Shown here: piece after piece, positions 10,196 to 20,138 of the stretch
Position numbering within the stretch: position 1 is the first letter of the stretch
Layout: every line of letters starts with the position of its first letter
Assembly: GCA_030037855.1 (NCBI GenBank)
Contig: JASHPY010000077.1
Coordinates: forward strand, 2,035-66,034
Length of the DNA stretch: 64,000 bases
Direction: 5' to 3'
Source: Thermoplasmata archaeon
GTDB taxonomy: Archaea > Thermoplasmatota > Thermoplasmata > Lutacidiplasmatales > UBA184
Program-made: the position numbers and the translations under genes
Notes under the pieces: model-generated
Database searches by the model: none
What the model was told of the DNA's origin: nothing
The model's input: the letters and a program-made list of their open reading frames with translations, nothing else

Positions 10196-10771
10196 TCACC
10201 GGCCTCCCGGCCGCCGCCGCTCTTGGGAGACCGGTCGCCCGGGTCCCAGCGACCGGAGGTTGAAGCGCATCTCATTCGAGTCCTCGAAGCCGATCCGCTC
10301 GTAGACCGGTCGACCGAACTCGGATGCGTGCAGGGTGACCCTCACGAACCCTCGGCGGCGGGCCCAGGCGAGCATATGGCGGACGAGGGAGGAGCCGACG
10401 CCTTGTCGCCGGAACGCGGGTTCCGTGTACATTGACATGATGTAGGGAGTCTCCAACCGAGAGAGCCGGCCGGGACGAGGTTGGCTCGGCTGGAGCCAGA
10501 CCGCCCCCGAGCCCGCGACGTCGCCGGCCCGCGTCTCCGCGACGAAGGCGAAGAATCGGTGGGCCGTCCGCTCCCGGTGCATCCACCACCGATAGCGCGG
10601 GCCGGCCCGAGCCAGCTCGGCGGGGCGGAACGCCCGGATATCCCTCCACATCCCCTGACGATGGCGGACGAGGAGGTCCGCGTCGCTCGCGCCCGCCGGG
10701 CGGATTCGGAACGGGGTCCGGCCGCGTCGGGAGCCGGGGCGAGGTAGGCCGCGCGCCGTCGAGCGGGTCAT
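10196..10771 (-). CDS. GNAT N-acetyltransferase
   Basis: YIMSMYTEPAFRRQGVG, LHASEFGRPVYERIGF. Confidence 0.85.
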   Translation of the reverse strand: MTRSTARGLPRPGSRRGRTPFRIRPAGASDADLLVRHRQGMWRDIRAFRPAELARAGPRYRWWMHRERTAHRFFAFVAETRAGDVAGSGAVWLQPSQPRPGRLSRLETPYIMSMYTEPAFRRQGVGSSLVRHMLAWARRRGFVRVTLHASEFGRPVYERIGFEDSNEMRFNLRSLGPGRPVSQERRRPGGR

Positions 10772-10808
10772 CGAACTCCCCCTCTCGGTTCCCCACGGAT
10801 CGACGCGG

Positions 10809-11990
10809 TCAGGAGCGCTCGTTCGGGCGCGGACGCCGCCACGCGCGTCGGATCAGGAACGGGGCCACCATCGTCGTCACGATCGTGAGCGCGCCGACGA
10901 ACGGGAGGACGAACGGGCTCGTCGCGCCGATATCCGAGCCTCCCTTCGCGACCACGATCGAGAGCTCGCCGCCGGACGCGGAGAGCGTGAGCGCAGCCTG
11001 CCCGGCCTCGCGGTGCGCGATGCCCTGCTGCCGCGCCGCGAGGTAGGTCGACAGGAGCTTCATACCGAACGCGGTCGCGAGGAATGCGGCGATCGGGACG
11101 AGGTACGTTGTGAGGAGCGAGATGTCCATCAACGCGCCCATCGAGACGAAGAAGATCGCCCCGAAGAGCTCCTTCAGCGGCGCGACCAACTGGTGCGCCA
11201 CGGCCTGAGAGTCCGACTCGGCGACCAGCACCCCGGCGAGGAACGCGCCGGTCGCCACCGAGATCCCGATCAGGCTCGAGATGAGCGCCATCCCGAACGC
11301 GAGACCGACGAGCGCGAGCAGGAGCACCTGGCTCACACCCGAGCGGCGAACGCGGTCGATCAGCGGCGAGATCGTGAGCGGGCCCAGCGTGAGAACGCCC
11401 CCGACGAACACGAGCACGATCGCGACGGAGATGAGGATCGAGAGGAGCGATAGCTGGCCGGTCTGGGCGGTCGACTGGAGGATGCCGAGCACCGAGACCG
11501 TGATGACGTCCTCGACGACCGTGATCCCGAGCACGAGGCTGGTGTCCTTGGAGCCGAGCGCCCCGATCTCCTCGAGAACGCTCGAGAGGATCACGGTGCT
11601 CGTGACGGAGATCGCGAGCCCGATGAACAGGCTGTCGTACAGCGGGAAGCCGAAGGCTTCTCCGACCAGGAACCCGGCCGCGAACGTCGCGAGGGACTCG
11701 GTCAGCGCGATCACGAGCGCCTTGCGCCCGACCGCGCGGAGTCGCGAGAGCGGGTACTCGAGCCCGACCGCGAACAGAAGGAAAACGATCCCGAGCTCGG
11801 CGAGCGCGTCGAGCACGTCCGGGTAGTGGATCAGCGGCCCGGGCGGCGTGTACTGACCGATGATGATCCCGGCGACGATGTACCCGATCAAGAGCGGCTG
11901 GCGGATCCATCGGAGAAGGATCGCCATCGCGAGCGAAGTGAGGACGATGATCGCGAGGTCCTGCACGATCAGCGTCTCTACGCTCGCCAT
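10809..11990 (-). CDS. Cation:proton antiporter (CPA2, Kef/NapA-like), no C-terminal RCK domain
   Basis: About 12 TM segments, QP.LIGYI.AG, LLF.VGLE, VVEDV, GAFLAG, IFFVSMG. Confidence 0.9.
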   Translation of the reverse strand: MASVETLIVQDLAIIVLTSLAMAILLRWIRQPLLIGYIVAGIIIGQYTPPGPLIHYPDVLDALAELGIVFLLFAVGLEYPLSRLRAVGRKALVIALTESLATFAAGFLVGEAFGFPLYDSLFIGLAISVTSTVILSSVLEEIGALGSKDTSLVLGITVVEDVITVSVLGILQSTAQTGQLSLLSILISVAIVLVFVGGVLTLGPLTISPLIDRVRRSGVSQVLLLALVGLAFGMALISSLIGISVATGAFLAGVLVAESDSQAVAHQLVAPLKELFGAIFFVSMGALMDISLLTTYLVPIAAFLATAFGMKLLSTYLAARQQGIAHREAGQAALTLSASGGELSIVVAKGGSDIGATSPFVLPFVGALTIVTTMVAPFLIRRAWRRPRPNERS

Positions 11991-12164
11991 GTCGCTCGCG
12001 CCCCGGAAGCACTCTCGCCATATGTCGATGCGCGGTCGCGCCGACCGGTGCCGGGGCGCCGGAGCTCACGCGAGCTCGTGGACGCGCCGACACATCCCGA
12101 ACGGCTCGCGCACGGGGGAGCCGGTCGCGACGGGCCGCGGCACCGGACCCGGGTCGCTCGATCT

Positions 12165-12632
12165 CTACGGAGAGGAAGGCGGGATCTCCGGCGTACCTCG
12201 GAAGCTGATCTCGACCCGATTCCAGCCGTTGATCCCCACGATCGCCCACGTCAGGTCGACGAGCTCCTTCTCGGTGAATTGTTTCCGCACGCGCTCGTAG
12301 AGCTCGTCCGGCACGCGACTCACGTTGACGAGCGTGACCGCATCCGTCCACTCGAGTGCCGCACGCTCCCGGTCCGAGAAGACCGGCGACTCCGCCCAGG
12401 CCCCGAGCTGGAACAACCGCTCGATCCGTTCGCCCCTCTCGAGCAGGTCGTGCGAGTGCATCTGCAGGCAGTAGGCGCATCCGTTGAGCCCCGACGCGCG
12501 CAGGCGCACCAGGTCGAGGAGCTTCGGGTCGAGGCCGCAGCGGGACAGGTAGGCGTCGAGCTGGCGGAAGGCCTGAAAGGGGGCGGGCGACGCACGGGCG
12601 AAACTCAGTCTTTCCTTCGACGGCTCGGTCAT
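12165..12632 (-). CDS. Carboxymuconolactone decarboxylase / AhpD-like protein
   Basis: LRAS.LNGCAYCL.MH, ERAAL.W, INGWNR. Confidence 0.9.
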   Translation of the reverse strand: MTEPSKERLSFARASPAPFQAFRQLDAYLSRCGLDPKLLDLVRLRASGLNGCAYCLQMHSHDLLERGERIERLFQLGAWAESPVFSDRERAALEWTDAVTLVNVSRVPDELYERVRKQFTEKELVDLTWAIVGINGWNRVEISFRGTPEIPPSSP

Positions 12633-12801
12633 CTACTCACGGTTCCGCGGACCCGGAGGCTCGGCGGTGCTTGACGCTAGCGTGCGGAGTCGACCGAGCG
12701 TCGGGCGCCGCCGCGACGCGAGAGCGGCCGGGTTCGCGCGCCTCCGACGGGACCACCGACTCCATCAGGTTCAAGCGCCCGCAGCGCCCTCGTCCGGGAT
12801 C

Positions 12802-13230
12802 GTGCAGCGGCGAGAGCGGGTCACGACTCCGGCGACGCCGACCGTGCCCCCGACGCCGGTCGCCGCGTTCCGGTCTCGCGCGCCCGAGATCGTGGCGATG
12901 TTCATCGGCGCGTGGAACGCGGAGACCCTCGGGGAACGGCGCCGGCTGCTGGAGGCGACCTGCAACGAACAGACCCACTTCGTCAGCTCCGCCGGCGAGC
13001 ACTGGGGGATCGGCGCCGAGCTCGAGTCGATCGCCGCGTTCCGACGTCAGTTCCCCCGCGGGCGCTGCGCCGCGCAGTTGCTCCTCGAGCACCATGGCTG
13101 GGTGCTGATCGCGTGGACGACGGAGTTCGGAGACGGGCGACCCCCGCTGCGGGGAATCGACACGGGCCACCTCGGCTCGAACGGCCGGTTCGCCCAGCTG
13201 GTCTCCTTCTCTCCTGTCCCCTACCGCTAG
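12802..13230 (+). CDS. SnoaL/NTF2-like fold protein
   Basis: AWN..D/E..R..LL pattern and GID.G...GR...LVSF tail. GTG 12802 chosen from the upstream TTCAAG box; start uncertain. Confidence 0.65.
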   Translation: MQRRERVTTPATPTVPPTPVAAFRSRAPEIVAMFIGAWNAETLGERRRLLEATCNEQTHFVSSAGEHWGIGAELESIAAFRRQFPRGRCAAQLLLEHHGWVLIAWTTEFGDGRPPLRGIDTGHLGSNGRFAQLVSFSPVPYR

Positions 13231-13302
13231 GCCCGTCGACTTCCGGCGCCGACCCGACGTATATGGGGACGGTCTCCCTCGGGAACCGCGGGAGGGCGCT
13301 GG

Positions 13303-14142
13303 ATGCCGGAGTCGCCGCGCGGCGCCGACTGGGCCCGGGCGGACCCGCTCCGGGGGAAGTCCGGGATCGTGACCGGGGCGGGCTTCGGGATCGGGCAGGC
13401 GATCGCCGTGCGCCTCGCCGAGCTCGGCGCGAACGTCGGCGTCGGCTACTGGAAGCACGAGGAAGGGGCGCGGTCGACCGCGGAGAGCGTCGCCGCCCAC
13501 GGAGGTCGCTCGGTGCTCCTGCCCGCCGACCTCGGCTCCGAGGACGAGGTCCGGAAGCTGGTCGCGCGGGCGGCGCGGGAACTCGGGTCGGTCGATTTCC
13601 TCGTCAACAACGCCGGGGGCCCGGGCGGCGCTGCGACGGACAACCCGATCGACCAGGCGAGCTTCGAGGACTTCAATCGGCTCCTCGCGTCGAACCTCGG
13701 TGCGGCGTTCCTCTGCAGCCGGTACGCCGCCCCGCTCATGCTGAAACGGAAGGCGGGCCGAATCGTCAACATCTCCTCGATCTGCGGGATCACGGGCGAT
13801 TGCGGACCGGCCTACTGCGCCGCCAAGGCCGGGATCCTCGGACTGACCCGCCACTCCGCGGTCGCGCTCGCTCCCTACGTTCAGGTGAACGCGATCCTGC
13901 CGGGATTCGTCGACTCCGCTCCGCACGCGTCCGACAAGGTCGAGCGGATCACTCCGGGGCGAACGATGGGCCGCCCGAGCGACGTCGCGGACCTGGTCGC
14001 GTACCTCGTCGCCGCACCCCAGCGGTTCCTGACCGGAGCCTGCATCGTCATGGACGGGAGCGTGACGAACGGCGTGATCGGCCGGATCATGGACTGGGAC
14101 GACGCGCGGGACGCCGCGGAACGGGGCGTCAGCTCTTCGTGA
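13303..14142 (+). CDS. Short-chain dehydrogenase/reductase (FabG-like)
   Basis: TGAGFGIG, NNAG, ISS, YCAAK catalytic motif. Confidence 0.92.
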   Translation: MPESPRGADWARADPLRGKSGIVTGAGFGIGQAIAVRLAELGANVGVGYWKHEEGARSTAESVAAHGGRSVLLPADLGSEDEVRKLVARAARELGSVDFLVNNAGGPGGAATDNPIDQASFEDFNRLLASNLGAAFLCSRYAAPLMLKRKAGRIVNISSICGITGDCGPAYCAAKAGILGLTRHSAVALAPYVQVNAILPGFVDSAPHASDKVERITPGRTMGRPSDVADLVAYLVAAPQRFLTGACIVMDGSVTNGVIGRIMDWDDARDAAERGVSSS

Positions 14143-14980
14143 GGCCCGCGGGCCCGGCGAGGGCGTTCAGCTCGTCGTACGTGATCGCTCCGGTGAGCAG
14201 GGTCTCGAACGATCCCCGGGCGCGGACCTCCTCGCCGATCCGTCGCAGGAGCCCGGCCGTCGCGTAGGCGGCGGCGGGTCCGAAGCTCACGCGCTTGACC
14301 CCGACCTCTTCGAGCTCAGCAAGCGTCGGAATCCCCGGGCGGACCATCACGTTCACCGGACAGCGCACGGCGGAGACGAACCGCGCGATCTCGCTCTTCT
14401 CCACGAGGCGCATGGGATACACGCAGTCGGCTCCCGCGTCCCGGTAGGCGAGAGCCCTTCGCGTCGCTTCCGCGAACCGCTCCTCGGGCGTCCCCGAGCC
14501 GAGGTAGAGGGCATCGGTGCGCGCGTTGATCACGATCGGGACCCCGAGCGACTCGCCGAGCGCCCGCACGGCTCGGATCTTTCCTTCCTGGGCGCGCGTC
14601 GGAAGGAGTCCCGAGCCGCGAGGGTCCTCGTCCTCGAGGTTGACGCCGACCGCTCCCGCGGCCACGGCCGCCCGGACGGTCGCGACCACTCCCCGCGGGG
14701 TCCGGCCGAACCCCGCGACGAGGTCCGCGCTCAACGGCACCGAGAGCTTCGACGCGATGCGCCGGATCGCCGCGACGAACTCTCGGCGGGGGATCTCTTC
14801 CCCGTCCCGGTATCCGAGGGACGTCGCGATCCCGGCGCTCGTGGTCGCGATCGCCGGGAACCCGGCCGCCTCGAAGGTCCGGGCGCTCGGGACGTCCCAG
14901 GCGTTCGGCAGGACGAGCGGGTGGGGCCCATGGTGCAGCCGACGCAGTTCCTCCGCCTGGGCATGGCGGTCGGCGACCAT
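14129..14980 (-). CDS. Isocitrate lyase/PEP mutase family protein
   Basis: LVLPNAWD, ATTSAGIA, GVNLED, INARTD, AGADCVY. Confidence 0.9.
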   Translation of the reverse strand: MVADRHAQAEELRRLHHGPHPLVLPNAWDVPSARTFEAAGFPAIATTSAGIATSLGYRDGEEIPRREFVAAIRRIASKLSVPLSADLVAGFGRTPRGVVATVRAAVAAGAVGVNLEDEDPRGSGLLPTRAQEGKIRAVRALGESLGVPIVINARTDALYLGSGTPEERFAEATRRALAYRDAGADCVYPMRLVEKSEIARFVSAVRCPVNVMVRPGIPTLAELEEVGVKRVSFGPAAAYATAGLLRRIGEEVRARGSFETLLTGAITYDELNALAGPAGLTKS

Positions 14981-15141
14981 GCGGCCGGCTGGGCTCGAAC
15001 CGCATACCGTTTGCGCCGTCGCTCGGCCGGTCCGGGCCGGCTCGCCGGCGCTCCGCCTCCGCCGGGTACCTACCGAATCGACGTCGAAAGACCCGCCGGA
15101 GAACGAGGGATTAACTATCCGGGCGGACTCCCGCCCATGTC

Positions 15142-17718
15142 ATGTTCGCCACGCGCCGAATCGTGCTGGTGCTGGTCATCGCCGTTGCCGCGATCATGCT
15201 CGTGCCGTCCCCGGTGGCGGCCCGGACCGCTGGCGCACCGGGAGGCGCGGACGTGACGGCGGCCACGTCGACCGCCCCGGCCACCGCGGCATCCCACTCC
15301 GCGTCCCCTGCCGCAACTGCTCGAGCGGCCGAGGCCGCTGCGGCCGAGCAGCGGATGACCCGCGCGCTCGACAGCGCCGGCATCCCGGCGACCGAGCAAC
15401 TCCTTCCGAACCTCAATTCTCCGATCACGGTTCAGAACGGGCAGATCACTCCGAGCCCCACGACCGTGCCGTCGCCGATGGGGATCGCGGACTACGGGAT
15501 CCAGGACGAGGGTGGAGTGAACGTCGCGACCAACACCTACTACCAGAGCGTCGAAGGCAGCCTCACGATGAATCAGATCAGCCTCGCCTACCTCAACAGC
15601 GCGGGGCCGGACGAGTACTCGATCCAGCTCAACACGATCGCCTCGAACGTCACCCTGCTCGGGAACGCCGGCTACCAGATGTGGACGCAGAACGTGGTGT
15701 ACTACTTCCAGAGCACCCATTCGCTCCACCTGCTCGACGCGATCGTGAACTTCACGAACGTCGACTTCAACTTCACGCCGACGACCGTCATCGCCGGGAA
15801 CGGCTTCTACGACCCCGGATTCGGGTACTTCTACCCGTACGGGCCCGACCTCAACGTCCCGGAGCCGTTCACGATCAACTTCTACAACAACCTCACGGTC
15901 GTCGACGGCGACTCGGCGGTCTACTTCAACTACACGATCGACTCGCCGAACGGCTTCCAGTCGGGGTCCTACGACCTCGTCGTCTTCAACTCGCAACCGC
16001 TCACCGGACCACCGATCACCGCGGTCCAACCGCTCTACGAGATCGACGGCTTCCAGCTCAGCGGTACGGGGTACATCCCGCTCGACGCCGAGCTGATCCT
16101 GGGCGGGGACGGCGGCGGGTCGACCGCGTCGATCTTCAACATTGATGCCACGATGCGACTCTTCCTCGAGTCGCCCGGTGCCTCGACCTACCACTCGATC
16201 CCCGCGGCCTACAGCTTCGGCAGCGAGACCGGTGAGACGGTCGCCGGCATCGCGGAGTGGGCGTCCGGTGGGAAGGACCCGGAGGTGCACCTCGGCCCCG
16301 GGCCCGCCGACCTCGGACCGCTCTGGGGGGTCGTCGGAGCGCCGCCGTTGGGTCACGTCACGCAGACGATCCACGTCTCGCCCGCGAACGCGTTCGTCTT
16401 CGGGTCGGTCGGCGCGCCGTTCGACGCGGACACGTCCGCCTGGGGTCCCGTGCCGGCGTCCGGGACCGCCACCTACCTGCTGCCGCCGGGCACGTACAGC
16501 TACGACGTCCTGCTCAGCGACCACGCTCCGGTCGAGCGAACGCTCTCGGGCAATTCGGCGGTGACGGTCTCGCTCCGGACCGACCGCGCCCTCGGCGTCT
16601 ACACCCCGCTCTGGGCGTTCGGCAACTCGGAGCTCGCGGCGATCTCGCTGCCCGGGGGCACGGGCACGGAGTCGAACCCGTACATCCTCGACACCGGCGG
16701 GACCGGCGAGCTGAATCCGCTGTTCGGCCAGTTCAACGACTACGTCTTCCCGCAGTTCGCGGGGGTGTTCCTCGTGGGTACGACCGACTACGTCGCGGTC
16801 GACCACGCGCCGTCGTTCACGGTCCCCCTCTCGCTCAGCTGGGAGCTCCCGTACAACACGATCCTGCCCCCGACGAACCAGCTCCCGATCTGGTTCTACG
16901 GGACCGACCACGCGTCGCTGGTCAACTCGGCCGACATCGGTGGCTGGTGGTACTACGCGGACGTCGGCGAGTCCGAGGCGAACGTCGTCCTGTGGAACGC
17001 GACCCAGACCCTCGTCGGGGGGAACACGTTCGAGGACTCCGCGATCGCGCTCTTCACGTTCGGCGGTGGGGCGAACACGTTCTGGGGGAACGTCTTCGAG
17101 ACCTACGAGCCGCCGACGGCTCCGATCCCGGCGTACCTCCTGTACTACGGCGACCCGCTCGCGCTCGAGGAGTTCGAGTCGGGCGACCTGATCTACAACA
17201 ACGCATTCGCGACCCCGCAGACCGCCGAGAGCCCGGACTACAGCATCTACTCGTTCTACGGCGCGTACTCGCTCTGGGTCGACCAGTGGAACGTCGCGCC
17301 CCGGCCGGCCTACGTCCCCGAGTACGTGAACGGCTGGCGCCTCGCCGGGAGCATCCTCGGACTCGGATACGTCGCGGGCAACTATTGGTCGAACTACGGG
17401 ACCGCCGCGGACCCGTACGGAGTGCTGCCGTACAACAACAGCGGCGCGATCGACTTCGGCGGAGACTACCACCCGGTCGTGCCGTACGCGCTCTACACGG
17501 TCTCGTTCTTCGAGGTCGGGCTCCCGCACGGAACCGCGTGGTCGGTGACGATCGACGGGTACACGCAGACCACGACCGCCTCCGTGATCACGTTCGTGGA
17601 GCCAACCGGCGCGTACACCTTCACCGTTTCCACCGCCGGGACCGCGACGCCGCACCCGGCGAGCGGCACCGTGACCGTTCACCACCACCGGACCGGGGTC
17701 TTGGTGTTCTTCTCCTGA
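15142..17718 (+). CDS. Secreted thermopsin-family (peptidase A5) protease with beta-helix-like and C-terminal beta domains
   Basis: N-terminal signal peptide; PMGIADYG, SIQLN, WTQNV, DAELILGG.GGG, AYSFGSETGET; IYNN.F and GNYWSNY; C-terminal VSFFEVGLP.GT.WSVT domain. Confidence 0.87.
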   Translation: MFATRRIVLVLVIAVAAIMLVPSPVAARTAGAPGGADVTAATSTAPATAASHSASPAATARAAEAAAAEQRMTRALDSAGIPATEQLLPNLNSPITVQNGQITPSPTTVPSPMGIADYGIQDEGGVNVATNTYYQSVEGSLTMNQISLAYLNSAGPDEYSIQLNTIASNVTLLGNAGYQMWTQNVVYYFQSTHSLHLLDAIVNFTNVDFNFTPTTVIAGNGFYDPGFGYFYPYGPDLNVPEPFTINFYNNLTVVDGDSAVYFNYTIDSPNGFQSGSYDLVVFNSQPLTGPPITAVQPLYEIDGFQLSGTGYIPLDAELILGGDGGGSTASIFNIDATMRLFLESPGASTYHSIPAAYSFGSETGETVAGIAEWASGGKDPEVHLGPGPADLGPLWGVVGAPPLGHVTQTIHVSPANAFVFGSVGAPFDADTSAWGPVPASGTATYLLPPGTYSYDVLLSDHAPVERTLSGNSAVTVSLRTDRALGVYTPLWAFGNSELAAISLPGGTGTESNPYILDTGGTGELNPLFGQFNDYVFPQFAGVFLVGTTDYVAVDHAPSFTVPLSLSWELPYNTILPPTNQLPIWFYGTDHASLVNSADIGGWWYYADVGESEANVVLWNATQTLVGGNTFEDSAIALFTFGGGANTFWGNVFETYEPPTAPIPAYLLYYGDPLALEEFESGDLIYNNAFATPQTAESPDYSIYSFYGAYSLWVDQWNVAPRPAYVPEYVNGWRLAGSILGLGYVAGNYWSNYGTAADPYGVLPYNNSGAIDFGGDYHPVVPYALYTVSFFEVGLPHGTAWSVTIDGYTQTTTASVITFVEPTGAYTFTVSTAGTATPHPASGTVTVHHHRTGVLVFFS

Positions 17719-17926
17719 GCACGAAACCGAGCCCCCGACGGCCGGGTCCTCCCGCGGGTCTCGGGCGCGCCTCGCGGCGCGGACCGGGCGGCGGCCGGCG
17801 CGAACGTCTCGGCGCAGGCATCGGGTGGTCAACCGAACACGGAACGCTTGCCGGCCCGGAGACGCTGTGCCCGGCGTCTGCGGGGCCGAAACCTAGATTG
17901 TGGAGAGGACCGTCGCGGACCTCCGA

Positions 17927-18478
17927 ATGACGGCCTCGGACCCGATCGTCATCGTTCCGTGCGACCCGACGTGGCCCGACGCGTTCCATCGGATCGGGAG
18001 GCGGGCCCGGGGGGCGCTCGGATCGGTGGCGCTCCGGGTGGACCACGTCGGCTCGACCTCCGTCGCCGGGCTCGATGCGAAGCCGGTCATCGATGTCCAG
18101 GTCTCGGTCGGGTCGCTGCTTCCCGAAGCGCCGTACCGGGACCCGCTCCGCGCGGACGGGTTCCGGTTCCGGCCCGAGAACCCCGACCGCACGAAGCGGT
18201 TCTTCCTCGGCCCCCCGGACGAGCCCGCGGCGCACGTGCACGTTCGGGAGCAGGGCTCGTTCGACGAGCGCCTCAACCTCCTATTCCGGGACTATCTTCG
18301 GACGAACGCGGAGTCAGCTCGGGAGTACGCGCGGACGAAACGGGAGCTCGCGAAGGAGTTCCGAGACGACCGCGAGGGGTACGTCCGCGCGAAGGAGCCG
18401 ACGGTATGGAGGATCCTGATCCGGGCGCACGACTGGGCGCAGTCGACGGGCTGGTCGCCGGGCCCCTCCGACCTCTAG
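17927..18478 (+). CDS. GrpB family protein
   Basis: HVGSTSVAGLDAKPVIDV, HVHV, LLFRDYLR, Y...K. Confidence 0.9.
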   Translation: MTASDPIVIVPCDPTWPDAFHRIGRRARGALGSVALRVDHVGSTSVAGLDAKPVIDVQVSVGSLLPEAPYRDPLRADGFRFRPENPDRTKRFFLGPPDEPAAHVHVREQGSFDERLNLLFRDYLRTNAESAREYARTKRELAKEFRDDREGYVRAKEPTVWRILIRAHDWAQSTGWSPGPSDL

Positions 18479-18954
18479 CGGACACCGGCGAGCGGCGACC
18501 CGGGGCCGCGTCCCGTTCCAAGGGTCGACGGCGGCGAGTTCCGGACCTTCACCGGGAGCGGAAGGGGCACCTCCGTTCGGCTCCGGTAGCACTCGAGCTC
18601 CGGCCGCGGAGATTCGAACTCGTGGAGGTGGATCCGCTCCTCGAACTGCTCGCCGCGCCGGTGCTCCGCGAGGAGGCGTTCCCCGTCGGTCAGCTTCCGG
18701 CGGACGTGGAGGCCGCCGGGGATCGTTCCGACGTCCCCGTCGAGCTTCGCGGGGTCGTCCCGCGGGACTCGCTCCACGCACGCGAGGTACCCCTCGCCAG
18801 TCGGGAGCCGCCGGAAGCCGCCGTGGAAGCGGCGGCCATTCCGCGAGTCGTGCTTCGACTGAAGTTGCCGCATCGACCCGGCCGGACCCTCGCCGTGCAT
18901 CTCCGCCCGCGCGCGACGGACGGCGACCTCGGTCCGCTCGACGTGCCAGTCCAT
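18475..18954 (-). CDS. GyrI-like small-molecule-binding protein, possibly decaying
   Basis: GRRF.G..Y.ACV..DDP..IPGG..RRK..RPELE.YRS pattern. Shares the CTAG stop overlap with the GrpB gene. Several expected hydrophobic residues are replaced by polar ones. Confidence 0.5.
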   Translation of the reverse strand: MDWHVERTEVAVRRARAEMHGEGPAGSMRQLQSKHDSRNGRRFHGGFRRLPTGEGYLACVERVPRDDPAKLDGDVGTIPGGLHVRRKLTDGERLLAEHRRGEQFEERIHLHEFESPRPELECYRSRTEVPLPLPVKVRNSPPSTLGTGRGPGSPLAGVR

Positions 18955-19023
18955 GGGCGCACCGGTCCCGAAGTCGGCCGACCGGGTAAGAGCCGCCCGC
19001 GGGGAGCGTGGAACGGTGGAGAG

Positions 19024-19440
19024 CTAGGGCCGGGGGCCGGTCGGGGCGGCGTCCGCTGCGGGCACCCGGGCGAGCGTGATGGCATCCTCGGGGCACGCGA
19101 CCACGCAGAGGCCGCACGCCCGACACTCCGCGGCGCGCGGGGTGCGAGAGGTCCGTCGCTCATGCCGCTTCGCCTTCAGTCGCCCGACGTAGCTGAGGGA
19201 GGCGAACTCGGCGTCGGTGAGGGTCCCGAGCTCGAAGACCGAGTAGGGGCATACCTCGACGCAGTCCTTCTTCCCCTCGCATTTCTCCCGGTCGACGACC
19301 GGGACCCATCGGGCCGCCGGCGCGCGGCACCGCTCTCCCGGCCGCGTCGGGTCCTTCGCGGCCGCGCGCGCCTTCACCGGGTCAAGGGAACCGCTCGGCA
19401 GGTCGAGTCCGGAGTCGTCGATTGCGACCGTGGTCGTCAC
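19024..19440 (-). CDS. Dicluster-type ferredoxin
   Basis: CEGKKDCVEVCP and CRACGLCVVACP motifs. GTG start overlaps the TetR stop. Confidence 0.85.
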   Translation of the reverse strand: MTTTVAIDDSGLDLPSGSLDPVKARAAAKDPTRPGERCRAPAARWVPVVDREKCEGKKDCVEVCPYSVFELGTLTDAEFASLSYVGRLKAKRHERRTSRTPRAAECRACGLCVVACPEDAITLARVPAADAAPTGPRP

Positions 19441-20021
19441 CGATCCTTCTCCAGGAGGTAGCGCAGGGAGCGGATGAGGGTTCGGCGTGCCCGCTCCGGC
19501 TGGCCGTGCATCATCAGGTCGAGCACGGTCGCCGACAGGAGCGCGAGGATGATCCCGGCCACGGTCTTTCGATCCCCGAGCCTGCGGATCCGCCCGCGGG
19601 ACTCCAGTCTACGGAGGAACTCCTCCATCGAGCGCACATCCTGGAGGTGGTCGACCTCGAGCGTCGCCCGCACGTCGGGGTTCGTGGCCGCCTCGCCGAT
19701 CAGCTCGTGCCAGATCCCGGGGTCGACGTCGCCCGACAGTACGTCCTGGAGGGAGTCCGCGATCCCCTCCGCGACGTCCCCCCGCTCGAGCAGCCGCTCC
19801 CACGCGACGAGAACCTGCTGACGGGAGCGCGCCTGGATCTCGCCCAGGAGCTCGTTCTTCGTCCGGAAGTACAGGTAGATCGCCCCCTTGCTGACTCCGA
19901 GCTCCGCGGCGATGTCCTCCATCCTCGTGGCGCGGAACCCCTTGCGTCGGAAGACGGCCCGCGCGGCGCCGACGATCCGTTCCCTCGCCTGGACCTTGTA
20001 CTCGCGGACGACCCTCGGCAT
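19437..20021 (-). CDS. TetR/AcrR family transcriptional regulator
   Basis: RERIVGAA..VF..KGF..TRMEDIA..LGVSKGAIYLYF.TK.EL. Divergent from an MFS gene. Confidence 0.93.
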   Translation of the reverse strand: MPRVVREYKVQARERIVGAARAVFRRKGFRATRMEDIAAELGVSKGAIYLYFRTKNELLGEIQARSRQQVLVAWERLLERGDVAEGIADSLQDVLSGDVDPGIWHELIGEAATNPDVRATLEVDHLQDVRSMEEFLRRLESRGRIRRLGDRKTVAGIILALLSATVLDLMMHGQPERARRTLIRSLRYLLEKDR

Positions 20022-20076
20022 GCGGTCCTTCGGGGCAGCGTCCCGCGGCGTATTACGCCTTTCTCTGCCCCGGTAA

Positions 20077-20110
20077 ACTGACCGCAAGACTTTATACTGA
20101 CTATAAGTCA
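20077..20110. promoter_or_regulatory. Divergent promoter with TATA box and putative TetR operator(s)
   Basis: TTTATA at 20091-20096. Inverted repeat TGACT-ata-AGTCA at 20098-20110. Degenerate copy ACTGACCGCAAGAC at 20077-20090. Confidence 0.65.
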
Positions 20111-20138
20111 TGCCTGTTCGACCCGGGTCGGTGAGACG

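Noticed and set aside
15115..17832. 905-aa antisense ORF, and similar long alternate-frame ORFs (2913..4865, 33865..36273, 50570..52621, 60919..62856)
   Set aside because: These are stop-poor shadow frames of real genes, expected at high GC, and contain no recognisable motifs.
18475..18954. Diversity-generating retroelement as the cause of the T-biased changes
   Set aside because: There is no reverse transcriptase or template/variable repeat pair in the window, and the changes are spread along the whole gene.
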